A stretch of 64,000 nucleotides of DNA from Chrysomallon squamiferum (taxonomy: Eukaryota > Animalia > Mollusca). The DNA is taken from contig CM022667.1 of the NCBI GenBank assembly GCA_012295275.1, positions 6,262,001-6,326,000 of the forward strand, in the 5' to 3' direction. Numbering within the stretch: position 1 is the first letter of the stretch; the number at the start of each line of letters is the position of its first letter. The notes beneath the pieces are model-generated. The model did no database searches. It had not been told where the DNA came from and saw only the letters and a list, made by a program, of their open reading frames with translations. Of this stretch, positions 58,480-64,000 are shown piece by piece. The translations under genes were made by a program, and so were the position numbers.

Positions 58480-58726
58480 ATGGTCCAGAAAACATTAAAC
58501 TGAACAGAAGCTCACCAGTAAAGATAATAGAAAACGTGGCTGTTTTGTGTGAGGCAGACTGTGATGAAGTCTGCTCTTACAAGTGGAACTGACAAACAAA
58601 GGAAATGAATGATGCTGTACTTTCTTTTACACAAATACATAACAGAGGCTGGAGTTTGTGTGTGTATTGTCACCAGTGTAAACACAAACAAGTCAAAAAT
58701 CAAAACTGTTATTTTAGATATAGAGT
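58480..58726 (+). pseudogene. Decayed Ig I/C2-type exon
   Basis: ttcag|xGPENIKL...VLCEADCDEVCSYKWN* (TGA 58590-58592), frameshift, then EAGVCVCIVTS...VILDIE|gtaagt; 247 nt. Confidence 0.8.
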
Positions 58727-58823
58727 GTAAGTATCTAACATCATGTACCTTTTTAAAACTGTTACTTGTACATTATCCAAAAAAACTATTCATTTAAAGT
58801 ACATTGTAAAAGTTTCTTTCAAG

Positions 58824-59123
58824 TAACTATGATTTAAAGCAATATGGTCTACATCTCTATATCTTTACAACCTAGATTGTAAAACAAAAAGATCTAAACC
58901 TTTTTAAGTGATTGTAAAACAGAATGGTCTACATCTTTATATCTTTATAACTATGTTTGTAAAAGAATATGGTCTACATCTTTATATCTTTATAACTATG
59001 TTTCTAAAAAAAACATGGTCTACATCTTTTTATCTTTATAACTATGATTGTAAAACAATATAGTCTACATCTTTTTATCTTTATAACTGTGACTGTAAAA
59101 CAATATGATCTACATCTTTGTAT
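58824..59123. repeat. ~45-bp minisatellite, about 6 copies
   Basis: Unit ~TAACTATGATTGTAAAACAATATGGTCTACATCTTTATATCTTTA. Confidence 0.85.
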
Positions 59124-59867
59124 CAAGCTTCAGGGCTGAAGCTCTAAATTAATGATGTTTCTGGTTGTTGTTTTCTTGTTGTATTTTTGTTTGTTTGCTT
59201 GGGGCGAGGTTATTGTTTTTTCCACTTGTGAATAACAGTTATTGAATTGATTTTAAATAATTAATAGACAGCGATACGAGTCAAGTATAAAACAACTCAA
59301 TCACACTCAGAGTAAAAAGAAAATAAGAGTAAAACAGAAAGAGCTAACAGGAAACCTTATCATCAAATACTATATGTCCCATAGCTTTTATTTATTTACT
59401 TATTCATTTATTTATTTATTTGCTTCATTGGACAGATGCATGTATTGTCACAGTATGCAGATTTATTACACAATATGAATAAAGGGTAATTATTTTGTCA
59501 TGATAGTTTAATTAAAACTGTGAATGATGAATTACATTTAAAATAGAAAACTCTTTTACTTGTTACAGATCACCATTGACTAATTAGACTAAATCTATTT
59601 TCCATAATTTTCCTTCAACAAGAAATGTTTTCTAAATGCCCCTATTGGCAGTAATCAAAAATGGTTTATCCGAATTCTCTCACATTTGCTATAATTGTCA
59701 ATTTTGTTTATTATAGCTGGGAAAATTCAAATATTTCTTAATTTGAATCATTTGTGAAGTAATTACCTTATTGAAGAGTTAGTATTGCTGGCTAAAAATC
59801 ACTATATATATACATAAACTAATTTCCTTTTCTAAATTTCAGTTGTGTTCTTATTATTCATAATCAA

Positions 59868-59940
<73 letters not shown>

Positions 59941-60008
59941 TATTATTATATACATACATAAACTAATTTCCTTTTTTAAATTTCAGTTGTGTTCTTATTA
60001 CTCATAAT

Positions 60009-60046
<38 letters not shown>

Positions 60047-60757
60047 ATTATCATTATTATTATAATATTAGCATTCTTTTTCACTTTTTAATTGTTTTAA
60101 TATTAATTGATGATAACAATGCTTTCGACTGGATTTATCTTACATAGCTTTCACAAATGTACATAAGTACAAAAATACACAAACATTCACATATATATAG
60201 AAGATACTCATACTTAAATTTCATTTCAGCTTAGAAATGTACATTATTTGGCTGATTAGTCGAAAGGGTAATTTGAAAAGAAAAGAAATTATGACGGATG
60301 AAAACTACACAAACACATAGTGATGCATGCATACATATACAGACAAATCTGAAATATTTGAAATAAAGCAAAATCCAATAATTCCCTAATTTTCAGTATT
60401 TTGTTTGTTTCAGACAGTTTAACAGGAATCACGTGTCTGTGACGATCTTCAACAAAGTCAAGGTCAGTATATACATACCAAGTGTAACAGATTAAAGAAT
60501 GTCTGAATTAAAGCAGACGTGCTGTACGCCTGTGATCTTTGTTTTCAAAATAACAGACAAATTTTACACATGAAATACATTGCTTTTTGTTTTTGTTATA
60601 TTACGTTTCTAACATTTTCTTTACTCTCAGCAGTATATATATATATATATATTATTGTAATTTGTTAGAAAACATATCTTCTATTTTTGTACATTTTCTC
60701 CGTTAACTCAGATACAAGAAGATGATATTATATTCTCCCTCTGTTACTTGTTTACAG

Positions 60758-60862
60758 TACAAACAATTACTCATCACTGGAAGCTAGAAAAGACTCGCCA
60801 TAATCTGATCTGTACTCACTGTCTATGAAAACTCACAAGTCAGAGACAGCTTTGAAACATAA
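60758..60862 (+). pseudogene. Decayed ITAM-like terminal cytoplasmic exon
   Basis: tttacag|TNNYSSLEARKDSP*SDL, then frameshift to TVYENSQVRDSFET*. Confidence 0.45.
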
Positions 60863-62259
60863 ATATATTTGTTTTATTATTATTTAATTTTTAATTTTTT
60901 TTTTTTAAATTTCAGATGTGCTTACATGTTCTTTGAAATAAAGTGTTATATGTACATGAACATTCTTTTATGAAATAATTAAAAAGTGACAGATAATTAT
61001 ATCCTTCCCATTTTAATTCTGATTTTATTTATTATATATTAGAAGAAGAAGAAGAAGAAGAAGAAGAATCCTGTCTTTTCATGAAATTACACTTACGTAA
61101 CGTTCCTTCCCAACCTTGGGAAAATACACGTGGTTCTTTGTAGCCAACAACTTCCTAGAGACTGTTTCACTCTGCCTTTTTTAAATTATCTGATTCCACT
61201 GTTCAAATTTTATACCATATATGTCAATGGTTTGAAGAAAAAATGTTGGCTCAATAAACAAAAACCATTACTCCAGAGATCACTGTATCAAGGAATATAA
61301 ACAGCCAGTCTGTATTAATGTTGATAAACAGCAAACATTAATTATGACAGTAAATAATAAAAGTGCTTTCAATGTCTATTCGACAAGGAAGTCCTCAACA
61401 GTTTTGCTTCACAAGATTCACCAAAATCTTTGTAGCTTCTTCTGTATGTCATATTGTCAAGTGTTATGTTGGCTTAGAAAAGAGAATGATTGGTGATGTT
61501 ATCCTTAAGAACGGTCATGGACGAGTAAATATACTGGCCTTACTTTTCCTGACAGAGTCCATGTGCATATTTATAAATATTCACTCTATAAATAAGTAAT
61601 TTTAAAGTTCTAAATATTTCTCTTTTTATACATGTATATCACAGGAAAGAGTTAAGAATTTCAAGGCAGTAATTATTCAGTAGTATTTATTTTATAAAGA
61701 CATGTCACATGTAATGTTTATTATATAAGTTTAAAGTAGCAATAATGTTTGTAATAGTCTCACTGGTAGTTCACATATAATATACTTATAATTGTGAATG
61801 TTTTATATCACAGGACAGTAATAAGCACATATCAGTGGTTCATAACTTATTTCTCTTTCTGTTTTCCTTTTTCTTACACCATCATTCCTTTTATACTGGA
61901 TTTAAAGAAATACAATGAATCTTGTAGCGAGATTATACAAATTTATAAATGTATAGTGATTTTACAGCCCTCCTGTATTTCAACAACACTAAGATAATTA
62001 ATGAGTATTAATAAATGATTCATGACCTTCTAAAATAGTGCTTCTGAATCTTTATATTCATATTATAAGCTCTTCTCCCCAGCAGTCATATGGAAATGTT
62101 CCACTACAATATATTTATGTAATCCTATATCTCTTATAATGGAGGATATTTTAATTCATTCATGAGCTTTACGTTCTTTTATTCAATTTTTGGAACAGTG
62201 AAGACATTTATGAGAGTTGGGAACTGCCCTTACCATTTCAACATGTAAATGCTAAGTCT

Positions 62260-62299
<40 letters not shown>

Positions 62300-62710
62300 A
62301 ATTTGTATCAGCTCATAAATAGTTGATATTTATTTTGCTATTTTATTAAATAATAAAAAAATAGTTAGGTGTACAATATAATTAATACCTGTACAGGAGT
62401 AAAACAACTGATCACCAAACAAACACAGGTGAATAATCAGAGTTTAGGTTTATTAATAGTTTAGTTTATACTAGTGTCAAGTTTAATTTGTATTATTAGC
62501 TTCAAATACATTAAAATTTTTTTTTTTTTTAAAACACATGGTATACATATCAGAAGACTAGCAAAACTTCATAATAACCTGTTATATATAAGTAGTGCTA
62601 GATTTCACTGAAATAGTATATTTTTCTTTGACTTCAACTCAAAAAGTCCACCAGTCTAAATATCTTAAAAAGATGTATGTCAGAAAATATATATATATCT
62701 GCTTGTGTGT

Positions 62711-62787
<77 letters not shown>

Positions 62788-63640
62788 GAAGGTTAAATAT
62801 TATGTAGGAGATAAGCTTCCTCAGTGGATTTGCAAGGTAGAACAAAAGCACCCAGTGAAAAAAACAACGAAAGAAAACAAGGTTTGACAAACAGCCCACC
62901 CAAAGATAAAAACAACTTTTCAAACAAGCACTAAAATCGTACATACTACATATCTTATGTTTACCCAAAATTTCTATAGTAATAATCCCAATTAAGATAA
63001 AGGATACCAATGAAAATTTATATCAAAGCATAATGAGATAATGTATCTTTGAATCCTGACTATAATTTCTGAAAGTAATATAGAATGCAACTGTCTCTGA
63101 CAAAATTGCTTCTTGTTTTGTAAGATATGCTATGTCTGTAGTATTTCATATTACTATGGAAAAAAAAGAATCACATATATCACACTAATTATAAAGTATT
63201 TTGTATTAAGATCACAGATAAGTAATGCACAGATTCTAACTCATCAAAATATTACTGAAAGCTCAGATGAGAAACTGTACTGGGGTGTCTTTTCACCTAA
63301 CTTGATTTCTGACTGAGGTCTTTTGTCATACCTTATACTTTTAATGTTGGGGGAGGGGGAATTTGTACACCTGTGTATTTTTGTCCCTATTAAGTTAAAA
63401 ATTAGCATAGTTTCCTTGAAAATCAATATATCTCATGGTTATAAAAGCAGTAATAGTTGTTTTTAATGCATATTACATATAAGCAAATATAATATACACC
63501 TTAACACATAGATGTTAATGGCAGTTATCTTTAGCAAATTAAAAGATCACATTGTTATTATTATTATTATTATTATTATTTTTATTTTTATTTTTATTAT
63601 GGTTATTATTTCAAGTATTGTGTTGTATTCAGTTTACCAG

Positions 63641-63862
63641 GAAATGTTGAAGAAGGGGAAGATTTGAATGTAAACTGTGTTGCTGTCTGCAAGCCGCCAT
63701 GTTTGTTTTCCTGGTCTCTTAACAATCAACAGACTGAGTCAGGGTCTGAGCTCAGTGTTACAAATGTGAGAAGAAACCAGACAGGACAGAAGTACACATG
63801 TACTGTGACTAACAGAGTCTCAGCCAAATCTCTCACTAAAAGTTTCACTCTGAAAGTTCACT
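63641..63862 (+). CDS. Ig I/C2-type exon (5' boundary uncertain)
   Basis: NVEEGEDLNVNCVAVCKPPCLFSW...LSVTNVRRNQTGQKYTCTVTN...FTLKVH|gtgagt; open, 222 nt from ccag acceptor. Confidence 0.8.
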
Positions 63863-64000
63863 GTGAGTTTTGTTTAAAACTAATCTTAGAAATGTATTTA
63901 TTTGTAACTGATGAAAATTAATTTTGTGTATGTTTTCATTTTTATTATTATTGTAGTTGTTGTTTGAAGTAGTAGTTGTACTAGTAGTGGTGGTGTTGGT

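Noticed and set aside
58824-59123. Regularly spaced repeats, CRISPR-like at a glance
   Set aside because: Head-to-tail minisatellite without unique spacers, in eukaryotic DNA
61070-63430. Possible decayed LINE on the minus strand
   Set aside because: No diagnostic RT or endonuclease motif could be read with confidence

Overview
AT-rich, microsatellite-laden animal genomic DNA, probably a mollusc or other lophotrochozoan (inference from style only). Most ORF-track entries are microsatellite noise. The real content is a spliced, tandemly expanding cluster of small cell-surface immunoglobulin-superfamily genes, read here by hand from splice sites. Gene A is on the minus strand (10124->1638), head-to-head with plus-strand genes B (14202-~24840, disrupted), C (28183-40308, two V exons) and D (47383-56608). 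Shared layout: signal-peptide exon, non-canonical V-like Ig exon, 12/24-nt Thr-rich stalk micro-exons, a split hydrophobic C-terminus (GPI-like or short TM) and a poly(A) signal. Beyond the poly(A) sites of A, B and C lie cytoplasmic-type Tyr exons; in C they form an open ITIM+ITSM tail. After D lie a decayed Ig exon, a decayed ITAM-like exon and another Ig exon. C looks like a D5'/B3' chimera, and V exons differ more than their leaders. Together this resembles a rapidly evolving paired-receptor or allorecognition-type locus. Transposon relics (Sola-like, MULE, Tc1, pogo, RTE) fill introns and spacers. All gene models are manual and lack transcript support.
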